Of a DNA stretch of 64,000 nucleotides, positions 36,844 to 50,483 are shown piece by piece (the stretch's first letter is position 1; each line of letters opens with the position of its first letter). The DNA is from Lophium mytilinum (lineage: Eukaryota). Below the pieces are notes generated by a model, which saw only the letters and a program-made list of their open reading frames with translations, was not told the DNA's origin and searched no databases. Location of the stretch: NCBI GenBank assembly GCA_010093605.1, contig MU004181.1, positions 2,790,001 to 2,854,000 of the forward strand. Direction: 5' to 3'. A program made the translations under genes and the position numbers.

Positions 36844-39112
36844 TCAACCCCTTCTCACAGGCAGATCCCCCAATTCAACCCCCTCCTCACCACGGAAACT
36901 TGCCCTTCTTACGGCACCCCGGCCCTGCTCCCCAATACCCGCCGTTCTCTTCCTCCCAGCCCCAGCCTCTCCTCTCTCCGCCTCATCGCTCTCATCCAAA
37001 ATGGCATCTGCATCACCCGCAGCTTCCTCAGCACTAGAAGCCTCCGCCTCAACAACCTCCCCAAAGTTGCCCCCCACACTCTCCATCGTGAACGGGCTCG
37101 CAGTCGGACCATCCAGTACCGCCAACTCGCTCGCCTTGAACCACCTAGGCAGCACCCACGTCCTTAGTGGCACAAGCAACAAGATAAACACCGGAAACCC
37201 GATCGCCGCAATCGTTTGCGTAATCGCAAATGTAGCCCCAAAACCGGTGAGTTCAAGAAGCACAAACGCCCAGATAGCACCGCGGCGTTCGATGCTCTTC
37301 AGAGGGTCAGACCGAGGCGTGAGGGAGGCATCTTTAGCGAGAAAGATAAGTTTGAGGGTGATCCCATTAGCTTCGAGGGCTTGGACGCCCATGACGAAGA
37401 ATAAGCCTGCTAGCACACCCTGTGGGATAAGGTGGATAACAATGAGTAAGGGACCTGTCATTGTTCCGAGAGTGAGGAGACCCTGGGCGAGATTTGATAC
37501 ACGCTGCTCGACGACGTGGTCGGTCACGCGGCGAGTGTGCCCTTTGTGCTCTTCGTCTTCGTCGGAGACAGTGCGGGTTACGCATAGTGCTTGGGTGTGG
37601 AATGGTGCTTGAGGGATGAGCCCGTTTGGGAAGGGGATTCCTAGTAATCCAGCGACACCGGTGGTGAGACCGAGCAGGAAAAGGTCCCAGTGGAAGCCGG
37701 CCGGCTTTCGAAGTGGAAACTCAGTACCTTGGGCCATGAGAGAGGAAACTGGGAATGGTCAGAGTTGAACCTATGTTGCAGTGCAAAAGAGTGGTATACC
37801 GTTATGGTCAAAATAGAAGAGAATCGTGAGAAGAATAGCGAAGGGGATAGCAAGGAACACGTCCCCAACGTTGATGTCCCAGAAATGAATAAACCAGGAA
37901 CGGTCGGTGGTAGGATAGAAAGCTTTGCTAATTGGTAAGGTGAGCAGGTCTACCCCTCGCATCTTCCCGATGTGGACGAAGCCGGTAAAGAAGATGACTG
38001 TCAAAGGCGTGCCGTAATCCTCGATAAACTTGCGAAAGTGTCGCTGGAAGAGGTTACTATGGCCCACGACACCGCATCCGTAGGCTACCATGAGAACCAG
38101 AAGAGCGATCATAATGGCAAGATAGGCCGATTCGCCATCAGCCTCCCATTGACGGGTCAGAACCTGGACTCCCTTCTGGAGGTAAATAGCTGCAACGTAG
38201 AAGCCGAAGATATCACAGGGGAATCGAGTGACATAAGTGAGAGCATTGCAAGCATTCGTAATAGCCAGAATCCAGTGCATAACCAATGACCATCTGTAGC
38301 GATTAGTGGGAGATCCTGAGGCGGAACTCTGCACTTACAGTCCGATCCAGCACATGAAGGCAAAGTAGTTGGTCCCTTGCGGAGTAATAATGTCGTATAC
38401 TGTATAATTAAAGACGGTGATGGGACCTGTTAAAATTAGTGTGCTAGACGGAGACTATTGGCCCGAAGCATCTCACCCGTCACGCCGACAATGACAAGAG
38501 GCTGAGCGGCTGCTATAGAGAAAACCACAGCCCCTAAAACTGACGCTAGGAGGACTTCGTTGACGCCAAAGCTCATCTTGGTTTTGGCAAACATGTCTAG
38601 AGAGAACGCTAAAGCAGGGAGAATACTGGATTTCGATTAGTCGTTGGAGCTCAATGCATTGTATGCTCAGAAACGGAAGATAGCGCTGTCTTTTGAACTC
38701 TTTGATGGGGGGCATGTCGAGAAGTCACGAGAAAGATGAATGAAGCGTGTACGCTATCCTTTGTTGGTACATACTTCGCAAAATACATGTATACGGTTGC
38801 CGGTACGACTCGGTAGTCCCAAGCGTCCGTCCAGTCACTGAGATAGTACGGAGCTCGCCTCCTTACATCGTTGATCATGCCCCGGAACAGCTGGACCTTC
38901 CACCAATCTGTCTTTCGAGAGCTCGTTGTTCGGGCAGACGCTCGAGTATTGGCTCGGTTTAGACCATCATCACTGCCGGTGACTTCGCGATTCTTCGCGA
39001 TGAAGGGCATCCGGTGCTGCCATGGTTTCTTGGACTTTCTCGAGCCCGTCGAGGAAGGTATTGAAACACCATGGCGCTGTGTAGGGACAGTCAAAGTCTC
39101 GGATGGCGCCAT
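36844..39112 (-). CDS. BOR1: SLC4/HCO3- transporter family, boron transporter, multi-exon
   Basis: DVRRRAPYYLSDWTDAW, YMYFA, AQPLVIVGVTGPI, LTILFYFDHN, LRKPAGFHWDLFLLG, NGLIPQAPFHT, VVEQRVSN. Confidence 0.92.
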
Positions 39113-39771
39113 TATGGACAACTCGAGCGCAAAGGGACAGGTTTGCAACGCTATCAATGCGCCGGTGGATGAAGTGCCATGGAGGTGATTGGTTCCGTTG
39201 AGAAGGAAACCCGAAAGGCTTTAAGGAACAAAAGTGAAGTAAGTGAGGAGACGCAGATATGCAACATACCTATATGTGGGGAAGAGCTTTGTGGGGCCAA
39301 CCGGTTCGAGGCGCTTGGCACGCGTCATGAATCGGCGAATCGGCTTTGTTTCCGCGCTGGTGATTTTGTGCATGAGGTGCCGCGGAGAGGGATTGAATTA
39401 GCGAAAGGGAAAGAACCACAGTATGTAATTGTGGACAAATTATAAGTATCGAGGCCGACGTGGTTGAGGTTCAACCTTGAACTAGTGCGGAATTTCCCGA
39501 GAGGTGGAACTACACATCCTTTTCAACCTCAGACCAGCTTAATAGTAAATCTACAGTTGCGAATCTCAGCGTGGTTCACTTAACGAACGTCGCAGCAAAG
39601 TTCAAATCGTGGACGCCGCGCAACCAAATCACGGCCTGCAGAAATTTACATTCACAGACCCCAACCTTTGCACAGCAGCCCTCCCGCATGGTATCTACAG
39701 CCCCTCGCACAACTAGGATATGATTCAGACAGAGAGACGCTTCAAGAAAGAAATGATATACTAGGAAGCGC

Positions 39772-42700
39772 TCAGTACGGCGGCGTTCTCGCCCCACCAC
39801 TACCAACATCATCCTCTTCGCCATTACTATCATCCTCCACTCCAATCGCATCCAACAAGCTGTGGAAGTCTACCCTGCCCTTGGCATCTTTTAGCCTCGC
39901 ACCATCTCGACTGCCACTCTCTGATCTCCTGTCGCCTCTTTTCAGACTGCGACTCTGTCTTAGGCTACGCACACTCCCGTTCGAAATCTCTCTCTTGCCA
40001 CCATGTGTGTTCTTTCCGGGCGCGGTCCTTGGCCTCCCACTTGCACCCTGTGTAGATATCGGGGCAGGTGAGACTGAATTTGCCCTCAAGCTTGGCGGCA
40101 AGGGAGGAACCGGCGGCACTGCATCTCTTTGGCCCCCAAAATCTTTGGTTGACGTGCTCACAGGCGGCTGCGTGCTCGATACTTTTGGCGTCGCACTACC
40201 ATCGCTATTCACACCGTCACCGCCGCCAAACGTGGCAGCGTCGGCTTCACGTTCACGATCGTTGGCGGTAGCATAGCTCATCTCGCTAACGGATACCATG
40301 CTTTCGCTGCTTGTGTCATCGTCGTATCCCGCAGAGCCACGGACACTGCCGTGCGCCGTGTAGCTACTCCGGGGTGCCCTTCCCTCCAGTACGCGCTTTA
40401 GATCCTCGACACGTACAGCAGAATGCACGCTTGACGAACTGAGACCACTGCGCATAGGGCTACCGTTGCGATTTGGGGAGCTGGAATGACCAACGAGACC
40501 ATACGCTGTAGAAGGCGGGCGCGAATGGTGTCTAGCGGTGCTACTATCGAGGGTACCGTTGGGAATGGATACCGCGAGAAGATTGTTAGGCCGTGCCGTA
40601 CCACCGGTAGTGCCAGTACGGGAGTTGGATATGGACGCCGAGGAGGATGAGTCTTTGGTTGTAGAGGCGATGCAAGCGGCTTTAGACCAGTCGGCCATCA
40701 TTTGGTCCTTTACTTTCGTAGGAAGTGTACTACTATTGTCCAATTGGAGTGTCCGTGTAGTCTTGATCATAGAAGCAGATCTCTGGCGACTAGTTTGGCG
40801 AGTAGGGGGGCCGGGAGAGGCTGGAGGACTAGAAGGTGGCGATGCGAGAGATGTGGTATAGCCGTCTGATATTAGGTTTACGAGTGCTTCTCTATTATCA
40901 AATGGCTTGAGCGCCTCGGTTTGAACTAAGTCGGGCGAAAGTTTGCCCAAGCCTGGATATGTGGCAGGTAGCTCAATCTGATTTAAAGGCACCGGAGGGA
41001 TCCGCACTGAACTTAGCCACAGCCCTGTATCGTTTCTTCGTGTGATTTCGCTGTGCAGTGCTCTTCCTACCGGGGATGTTTCAAAGTCGAATGCCATACT
41101 GAGGGCCCAGAAGTAGCCGTGAACAAGACTGCCCAGTCTGATCTTGGACTCCGGGACCTCGACAAGCTGGATATCTTCTTGAAGTCGCATGATCATCGGT
41201 AGCCCTGATTTGACACTGTTGACACCCAATCTCTCGATTAGGTTGGTAAGAAGGAGGTGCAAGAGCAGGATGTCAGGTTCAGAATCAACGTATTGATGAG
41301 CATTCTCATAGATCGCAAGATGGAGCATCGTAAGAAAGGTCGCTTGGGATCGTTTCACGGCCTTTTCCCGGTGTGAAGCATTGGAGACTGCCCTCTTCGC
41401 GAGATTGGCGCTGATACCGTTCTCCTTCTCTTTGATCTCGGCATTGGCCGCGCGACTTTCTTGCACTACTCTCAAGTTTTTCTTTCTCAGCTCTAGATTG
41501 AGCCAGGTGAGGAGTGCGTCGGCGTAAGCCTTTCTTACTTGTCCATTTGGATCGTGTATTAGCCATTGAGTGCCCTCCCAGACTCCTACTTCCACCTGTC
41601 TTCGGTTGTCAGAGGTAGATGAGCCATCTGGTTTCTTCGAATTTGCAACGATTAGTATCTCTTTAACAGCAGCTAACGCCGTAATCCTTGCAGTCTCAAA
41701 AGAGAAGAAACTGTCCACATAACCGGTCTTCTCCTGAAGGTTTGCGGAATTGGCAACAGCATCAACAGCACCAACGGGGTCTTCTATTGCTGCTGCGGTT
41801 GTGGGAATTTCCGATTGCGACGAAGGTTTCAGTCGTGAGAGGACAGCTCTCAGCATGTCGGCGACCTGGTCCGTGTAGTAAACATGAGTCGCTAGACTCG
41901 CCATGCATTTTTGAAGAGTGGCAAGCAGTTGAAGACGATAGTCCGAAGGCATTTTGACGAGCTCCATTACAACTGCACCTGTTAAGCTTCCGGACGATGT
42001 CGGTCCCTTCTCTTTCAACGACCCGACGGCGTCTGCTTGTTGGGGGTGCGGGTGGATATTAGAGCCATGTCCTCCTAGTTGAAGCAGCAGCAAGGTATGC
42101 GATATTAGGCCAATCAAGACATCCATGACACTCAGACCAATGAAGTTGATCTGAGAACTCAGGAGATAGTCGATGATAGTTGCTAGGACAAGTTGTCTCT
42201 CGATGTCTTCCTCCTTGATTGGGCTTCGCACAAGGGTATCCATGGCCCCAACGAGGATTACGAATCGATCTTGGACTGAAGCCCAGCCGCAGGTCATAGC
42301 GAAAAGAGTAGTGGGCCAGCTGCCGTTATGGCACGGGCGATTGTCGTGGGTTTTGAAATGATCGTGAGGTTTGACTCGGCTGGCGATGAAATTCAGTACT
42401 ACCGATGTTGCGAGCCGGAGCTGGTTTCGATTCACTTCTTTGAAAATGTTCCTAAACGCCTGCAGTGCCACAACTCCCACTTCCTCTTCTGCTATCTTGT
42501 CTGCGTCTTCAGTGGTCCCTGAAGCAGCAACTGGGTCACCCTCGTCGGCGTCGGCTGTCAGCACCGTGGAAATACTCTGTCGTCGTCGGAGAGTGGCTTC
42601 CCTCTCCAGATCCCCTTTTTCTCCTTCTCTGCGCACCAATTGGTCCAAATATTCCCCGTTGTCCGAATATATATTGAGCAGGATTGCGGGTAGAATGGCG

Positions 42701-43360
42701 GCCAATTGTCGGCCAGTCTCCGATCCTAGAGACTCTGAGGATGCGATTCCTTTTATCGCCTCGAGGCCAGCTTTCCGAAATCTGATAGCCACGGGCCAGC
42801 TGATAGGGGTCTTTGCATGCGACACGGCCTCCTTGGACGCGAATTCGGCATACAATCGCACTGTATCTTCATACTGCTTTATGTATTCCTGGTCTGCCGC
42901 AAGTGTCGCAGGGTCCTGGTGTGCGCAGAAAGTCTCGAATGTTGGAACCGACTCTTCCACCATAGTAATGTCATTGGACCGAAGGATCGTACGGAGTATG
43001 CTCAGCACGGAACCAGCATACAAGGGGAGGTCGCGGGGGCATTTTTCAATGATCGCTTTTAATATCTCGAGAGTGACTTGTACGTTGCTGCGGAGGGACA
43101 CTTTTAGCAAAGAAGCGCGGATTTGACAGTATCAAACGCGCATACCCTAGGCGTCCCTTCCATACATCGCTGGTAGCCCGTTTGTCCAGAAAGTCGCCGA
43201 CCTTCTGCAGCTTACTGCGTCGCGTGCTGGCATAGTAGAGGAGGTAGCTGAGCTCGCTCGAGTTTGGCTTGACGTCGGTGTTGTTCTTCTGGAATTTGGG
43301 ATAGCACTTCAGGACCAGGACCTGGTGTTTTGGGCGACATGCCTGCCGTGCAGCGTGCAT
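39772..43360 (-). CDS. EFR3: EFR3 (PI4-kinase plasma-membrane anchor), 2 exons
   Basis: CRPKHQVLVLKCYP, SSELSYLLYYASTRRSKLQKVG, intron 43088-43145, NFIGLSVMDVL, LATHVYYTDQV. Confidence 0.93.
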
Positions 43361-44563
43361 GGAAACCGATATTGAGCAGGGTTGACGAACACGGCGGAAA
43401 TGTGAGGGCTGGGGCGCGAGGGGCAAGTAGAGTATTTAGGGCTCATAAGGAAGGGCAGAAGGATGAGAGCTGGCACACTGGTGAAAGTAATTGTGGTGAT
43501 TGCCCGCGAGCGTCCCGTCAGCCCCAAAGCCCTCTCTCACCTCGCCAAGCACAGGGTGCACGATGACGACGTCCGCAGACAGCCGCGAGTCAATATCAAC
43601 ACCAACTTTCTCCCGGCTGTTCCAACGGCTGCTTTCTATGTCTATCATAGCTAGCGACCACCAGCCGAAAAGATTTTTCTCGGCATCGCCAGTGCTGTGT
43701 TGAGATAGTACGCGCACACTTTCCTAGGTCAACGTCGTGTTCACCACATGCATTATGCTGTCCACCGCAATCCTCCAGCTAAATGTCCTGGTCCCTCACC
43801 GATGTTGATACATGGAACTAGAGCTCGTTCGAGCTCGTGCCATGCTCCGTTGAACGATCATGGCAGTCCAACATCGGACAACTTAAGCAGTGAGTTATCA
43901 GGCTTGCTGAACTAGCCCTTCACATTATTCAATACGTACCAGACGCCTCGAGCAGTGCCAGACAAGTACAGTAAGATTGATTATCTCAAACATACAAAGT
44001 CCTATGTCGAAACTACGAACATGTAGATAGCTACTTCTTGTTCAACGGAACCTAAAAGGCGAACCTAAGAGCATTGGCCATACAACTGACTGAAGATCTC
44101 TCTGATATGATGGGTTGTGCTAATATACGAATTGGGCAATTCCCTTTGGTAAAAAGCTTGTCATCATCGAGCCCCACCAAGGTTTCATGGTCGGCAACTC
44201 ATGGTTTTGACAATGTGGTTATAGAGTTCCAAAACATAGATTTCACTACATTAGACAGATCCCGCCTATTGGATGTGCCCAATCGTCTGACACTTGACAC
44301 TTTTATCCCTATGACCACCTCTTCCCTAGATATAATCTCTAATATGACACAACAATACGAAGGCAACTTGGGGGAAAACTTAGTCACGTGTAGATTAGAT
44401 CAACCGCGGATCTAGCGTGCACCTCTCCAACCACCGCCCACCTACTCGAATAGTCAGGTACGCAATTGAAGAGGCTGTACTTCATTCCAGCCCACTGAAC
44501 TCCATAGGTCCCGAGAGATTCCACGGAAATACGCTTTATAAGCTAATGCCCTCGAAGAACATC

Positions 44564-45277
44564 ATGTCTTCATCTCTCATAACGCTCCCCACCGAACTAC
44601 GTCTTCAAATACTCCGATACGCCCTGACGCCCATCCGTTTCGACTGGTGGACCCACAAATCATTGCCCCTCATCTCGGTCGACGGTCGCGGTATTCCCGC
44701 TTGCCACAAGACCCTGAAGAAACGCGTCGCCGCTGGCAAACTCCCAAGTAGCTTCTTCTACGTAAACTCCAACGCTCCCTACTTCCAAGGCACTAGCCCC
44801 TCGGACATTCTTTGTATATGCAGAAAAATCCATGCCGAGGTGGAGGAGATATTGTATACCGAGTTCGCGCTGCTGTTCGTGGCCAACAATACCAAGCGAT
44901 TTGCGAACTCGATCAGCCCTCGTGCGAGCAGGCTGGTGAGACACGCGGTCATTCAAGTGCCTCTGTATGCCGTGTGGGCGCAAGATAGAGGCTCAGCCTG
45001 GTTGGAGTTGGATCAGCGCGCGGCATGGCTAAGAGAGTGGGCTGCGCAATATAAGGGTGTACTCAATGTGGTTGTCGTCGTCCAGCTGCTAGGAATGAAT
45101 CGTCTGGATTATGATGGCCAAGACGATAGAATAGTGCGTATGATCGTGGATCTTATCAGTATTCTCAAGGGTGTGCCTGCGCTGGAAGTCAGGAAGGATG
45201 GTGACTTTGCGACTCCAGTGAAGGATCGCCTTATTCTGCTTGCTATAGAGGAGGTCAATCAGTGGAAGAACCTTTAA
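44564..45277 (+). CDS. Hypothetical protein with an N-terminal F-box-like motif
   Basis: SLITLPTELRLQILRYAL and ILCICRKIHAEVEEILY, a pattern common in ascomycete F-box-like hypothetical proteins. Alternative ATG at 44546. Confidence 0.65.
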   Translation: MSSSLITLPTELRLQILRYALTPIRFDWWTHKSLPLISVDGRGIPACHKTLKKRVAAGKLPSSFFYVNSNAPYFQGTSPSDILCICRKIHAEVEEILYTEFALLFVANNTKRFANSISPRASRLVRHAVIQVPLYAVWAQDRGSAWLELDQRAAWLREWAAQYKGVLNVVVVVQLLGMNRLDYDGQDDRIVRMIVDLISILKGVPALEVRKDGDFATPVKDRLILLAIEEVNQWKNL

Positions 45278-47356
45278 AGTACTATATACATGCCGGAAAA
45301 GAGGACGGACTAGGATGTTATGAGCGACTCTTTAAGGACTTAGGTATTTTCTCAGTTGTCTCAAGTCTATCGTGCTTTCATTATTCTATCCTCGTTTTCG
45401 TACCTGGCGGTCCTCCAAGTCCGTACCAATAACAGGTTCAACTGGCCCGTATCCATACCCGTAGCGTATCTCACAAGTCTCTCATTATCCGAACGTTCCG
45501 CGACGATCGCCTAGCACATTATTCCCGTCTCCAATTGCACAGACTGCAAGAGGAGGTCGTCATCGAAGAGGAGTCAAGCAATATGGGTTGGTTCCGATGA
45601 CCTGCGTTCAGAAGGTGACAGCGAGCGTGTAGAAGCTGACAAAAGGAGCTAGCAGGCTGTTGAGGGTCTCTACTTCGCATTTGACAGCGTATCGCGCCAA
45701 ATCTTATCGACATTTGCTGGACGAAGACCATCTCCTGCTTGATAATTCACCCTTGGATCTTGGGCGCAATGTCAATGTAGCCTGAAGTTCCGCTAGCTGA
45801 TGAACGGTCCAGCGTAAGGTCTAGAGGACTTGGTGAATAGGTTTCGCTACTCTTGACCTATGAACCTTGCACGTGGCACGGTAAAGGCATTTGGATTGCT
45901 GGCCATACTTCTCGTAGGACTCTCTTCGAGAACGAAAGACCCACGACGAGGCCCTGTAGAACTCGGCGCTCGCGGGACCCCCAACTCCTCCTTCGAAAAC
46001 TCGGGCAAGAAAGGTGGCGACAATTTCAGCGTCGTCTGATCGACAGAGGCTTCTGGCCCGAGTTAAATCTCTCGATCAATAATGCTTAGACAGCCTCATA
46101 CGACATCTAGTTACTCTTAGCCTGACCGACAGGCCGGCATCATGGCGTTCTCAGTTCCCGGCGGCCCTAAGTTCTCCCTACCCTAATTCATAGCGCATGC
46201 CTTGGGTCCTCTAGTCTTGACTCTATATTTGAACGTACTAATGCAGTGTCGATGCAACATCCCTTCATCAAAAGCGGCGGGAGCTGACATAAACTCTGTT
46301 GTACTTCCCGTATCTGCACCTTCTGTCCTTCGAGTATGAGGTCATCAATACTGAAGCATCCAATCTCACGGCGGTGTCTATCGTTTAGTCTGCCACTAGG
46401 GATGCCTCTACCACATACGGAAATCCGTCGTCAATAAGGTGTCATAATGATGGATACAGACCCGGACCCCCATAGCATCCGTGCCGTAGTTGAGAGAGCG
46501 ATCATACTACCACTGATTCGATACTGAACATAAGCATAAATTTGAGCCTCGAAATGGACCTTATGGTGAATAGATCGTCCTCTCCCATGCTCAACGATAC
46601 AAGAGAAGACCCCGAACAGTAGAAAAGAGGTGACAAGACTCGATCCCGTTTTGAAGCCACAGTCATTCGACCCCGCAAAATGCAACCATCAGCCCGTATT
46701 CCAACGCATTTTTCACGGATGCATCTGGGTTCTAACTTTCCCGCTAGAGCACCATCGTACCATGGATGCCTTCGGACCCTACTTGAGACTAGGGTCAGCC
46801 TAGTATCAACTATCAAATCACGTCAAGCCACGCCCCTTCTTACCCCTCAGACTTGAACGACCGACTTTTGCCCCCCGCAATCCCTAAATCCCCGCTGCTG
46901 GAAGCCAATGCACGAATTCAATAGCTTCGATGCACAATCCATGTGGCATCCGGAATCGTGGCATTTACTATTTTGGTGAAGTAACGCTGAGGCTCGCAGT
47001 GTCAGTTGTTTCCATGGAGACCGGAAGCTCTCCGAAAACGGCCGGATGTGGCGGCAGCCCCAGACTTTCAGCTTGAAGATTCGCGCTCGAAGCAGAACGT
47101 CAAGGCGAGCATCGACTGCGCGAGTGATGGTGGTAGAAACCTGACATCTCAATTCACGACAAGCAAGAATGAAGCTCGATTTTACACATGGTTGACTTCG
47201 AAGATTTGTTATATTACTGATTATTCCATTCAAGATGCCTTTTCCTAGCCACTTTGTGTGTCCATGCTGATTATATACTAAGGAATGTGTTCTCTCCCAT
47301 CGCTAGTTGCTCGTAAATGGACGTGAAATCGTAATGCGCTGTGCGGGTGCAGCAGT

Positions 47357-47960
47357 TTACCAGCCCCCTTTCTTGCTGGAGGTGGCGCATTGGGTCTCCG
47401 CTAGAGACATGTCAGTGGCTGTAGAACAGCAGAAGAACAGAACACTTACGGTATGTCTTGGTCTTGGTGTCGACCTTGGTTTCTTGCTTCTCCGTGGTGT
47501 ATACCTCCGGAATGGTCTTGTACTCAGTCTTCTCCGTCGTGTAAACAGAGCTAGCACACAGTCAATCAATGTCGCAGGCTGATCTAAAGGTGAGCACTTA
47601 CGTGTAAGGAACTTCTGTGGTCTTTGTCTTGTAGTATGTTTCAACCCAAGTCTTGGTGTATTCGCCGGTACTAGTTTCGACGCAGGGGACATCCGTGGTC
47701 TTCACAGTATAGGTAGTGTAGACGTAAGGGACCTGAATATCCATTAGTATTTGGAAGTATTCAGAGATCAGCTCTGAGCATAGTACCTCGACAGTCTTGG
47801 TCTCGAGCCACGTAGACGTCTTGTACTCAGTGGTGCAGGTGCTCTCCCCCCAGCCTTTGCTGCTCCCCCAGCCTTTGCTGTTCCCCCAGTCTCCTCCGGG
47901 CGCAGCAGCAACAAAGGAGCCGGAAGCGACCAATGCGATGAGGGCGTTGGTGAACTGCAT
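47357..47960 (-). CDS. Small secreted Thr/Tyr/Lys-rich repeat protein (cell-wall-like), 4 exons
   Basis: Signal peptide MQFTNALIALVASGSFVAAAP, WG(N/S)SKG repeats, VPY/YTT repeats, canonical introns; ends TQCATSSKKGGW. Confidence 0.75.
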
Positions 47961-49309
47961 CTTGATGAATGAAGCGAAGGTTTTAGATTGCAACGATTGT
48001 GTTGAGGCGACTGGTGGATGGTTGAGGAAAGCGATGGATGGGTTACAATTTACCTCTGGAATTGGTCCGTCTTTATAGAAATTCCGCAGCCTTCAGCGAC
48101 GTCCCAATTCAGATGAGTGACCTTGAGGTAAGCCGAACTAGATAAATCCTAGCCTAGAACTAAGACTTTTAATGACTGATGATCTACTGAACTCCGCAGG
48201 CATGTTGGAGTAGGCCTCCATGTAGGAGAGCTAAGCGCATACCTACCGCAGCATTCGCAAAGCTAAGAAGGCCGAGGGAGGCCAATAGAGCAGACGAGAA
48301 GAGCCATAGAAGTGGGCTGGAAGCCATGCCGCCCGAGTGTAATTGGAACGCTTGGGTCAGAGTGAAATCATATTGGTGAGAAAAACGGCAAAATCCATGA
48401 TCTCCACAACTAGGCAGGCATAGTATGGAGTAGTGGGTGGGGTAGCCGGGCATCGAGGAGCCGTTAAGGCAGACCAAGGCGAGCCAGCCGGGAGAGGCTG
48501 AGGCTCACGGCCACCATGCACATACAACCCCAAAATAGTAGCATAGGCTAAGGAAACCTACCAACCACAATGAAGCGCCTGAACATCAGAAGTTGACACA
48601 TCGAAATAGGTAGTCTATGCTACCCTGCGGAGTAAACGACTGAGGTCACCATGCAGATGTCAGAAAGCTAGGGATATAGCGTATCGAATCGGGTTCTGTT
48701 GCTGGTTATTGTCTTGCTAGACGGCACAAGGGTGGTTTGTGCTCAAACTCCGACGCAGTAGAGAGCGGGTCCAGGAACGGCACACAGGGCCACGCATTTA
48801 CAAGCGGGGCATTTGGTGACATCGAGAGTAAATCAGTACTTTTAGCAGCGTCGAGAAACTCCAGCCGAATCCCATGATGTAGCGCAAGCATGGTCGTAAG
48901 CTCTAGGAGTGCACCGGACCGATGGTGAAGACGACAGCTAGGAATAGCTGCTAAGCCAGCTTCACTGAAATGGAGGAAAGGTCAAATAACAAGCTGTCAT
49001 GAATGGATATGCCTAGTCTGCTATTGCGTCGAAGTAGCTTTCATCAAGGTCAATGAATGGGTGATGCTAGGAAGAAGAACTTAATAATCAAATAGTCTCT
49101 CATCGAATACGACGCATGCGGATCGAAAGAGGTAGAGTTGGTGCTAGAGTATGCGAGCCGAACAGGGCCCCTGGGCCAATTTGGGGTTGGAGAGCCGGCT
49201 ATGAAGCGATTCCGACGGATTGACAAGCGTGAGATCTAGGGTAGTAAGATCACTAGTAGAGCGAGGAGTTCGATGTATCGTATCATCGTGCCTAGTGCCA
49301 CCTGCACTC

Positions 49310-49543
49310 TCATGACCACCACGAGCCCTTCTTCCTTAATGCTTCCAGTTCCCCCCTGATCCCTTTCAACTCCTGCAGCCGCCGGTCCTCCCCTTCCTTC
49401 GCGTAGCGCAAATGCTCCGCTTTCAACTCGGTGAAGTCGTCATCTAGACGTTGGTGCCAGGGGTATAGTACGAAAACTTGAAATGCGAGTGCTGAGCTGG
49501 CAATGGCGAAATTTGTGAATGAGAAGCCTCGAGTTATCCGCAT
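49310..49543 (-). CDS. Conserved small fungal protein (77 aa, 1 TM plus coiled coil)
   Basis: TNFAIASSALAFQVFVLYPWH motif that I recognise from a widespread fungal small-protein family. Confidence 0.75.
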   Translation of the reverse strand: MRITRGFSFTNFAIASSALAFQVFVLYPWHQRLDDDFTELKAEHLRYAKEGEDRRLQELKGIRGELEALRKKGSWWS

Positions 49544-50483
49544 GGTGTTTCAAAGATGGTTTGTTTGTGAGGTGAGAATTGTGTGTGAATGGGGTGGGTT
49601 GTGAGTTTCTGCTCGTTCGACGAAGAAATACCGCATAGAATAGTAACTTGCTAGCACTAATGGAGATTACTCGGTCATTTGTACCCGTCCCCTGGTGTTA
49701 GGTAGGGATTTGGGCCTTGTTCCCGAGGTCGGTGCCGAAAGATTTCCGGAATATTACGCCTTACCACGCCTCTATGGCTACGGGTGTCGTGGTCAACGTG
49801 TTCGTCCCTCAATCGACTCTACAGCAAGCGAATATGATAACAGAATGCTTCCATAGTGCTTACAGCGTGCTGAATGGGTCAAGGAAGCGTGAACTGTCTT
49901 GGTCCGCTTTACAGGAAGCATTGGCGACTCCGAGGTTGCCAATGTTTTGAACTGCTAGAGATGATGTTAGTCAGCTTAAATAGCCAATTTTAGGCTAGGC
50001 TTCTTTGAACACAAAGTGGCATTCCCCAAATCTCTAATTTTAGCTTCAACGTTCTAATAGTTTAGATATACGCCCTTTTAGACTTATATACACTTGTCTA
50101 GCAGCGCTTAAGGCCATCCAGGACATTCTCAAGAACCGAAGACCGTCCATTTTGATAGGCCTGATAGCTCCAGCTCTCTTGGCTGCCTCAGAGAACCTTG
50201 AAAACAGAGAAAGCTTGACTAGAACTGCCACTTTCATGTTCAACGAAGTCTGCGTGGCTACTGTACAGCATCAAGACCACCACATCTCACGCGCCAATCG
50301 CTGCGCCAATTGCTTCACCTCTACATCTGTGTTGCCTTGGGCCATATGAGCCTTCCCATAGATCCAGCTTGACCCTCTCGACGAGGCTGCCCCCTGCTCG
50401 TTTTACTACTACTCCGCCACAAGTCTTCCTCCATCCGACGACCTCTTCCCGAGACCACCGCCCACGGCTTTCTTACCTTCACA

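Noticed and set aside
43811..43844. Short inverted repeat CATGG…GAGCTCG-TT-CGAGCTC…CCATG
   Set aside because: Isolated small hairpin with no terminal repeats or target-site duplication of a MITE; compatible with chance.
45400..47250. Coding-like fragments in a ~2-kb gap
   Set aside because: Short, stop-interrupted frames with no motif I recognise; possibly a decayed gene, but unsupported without a search.
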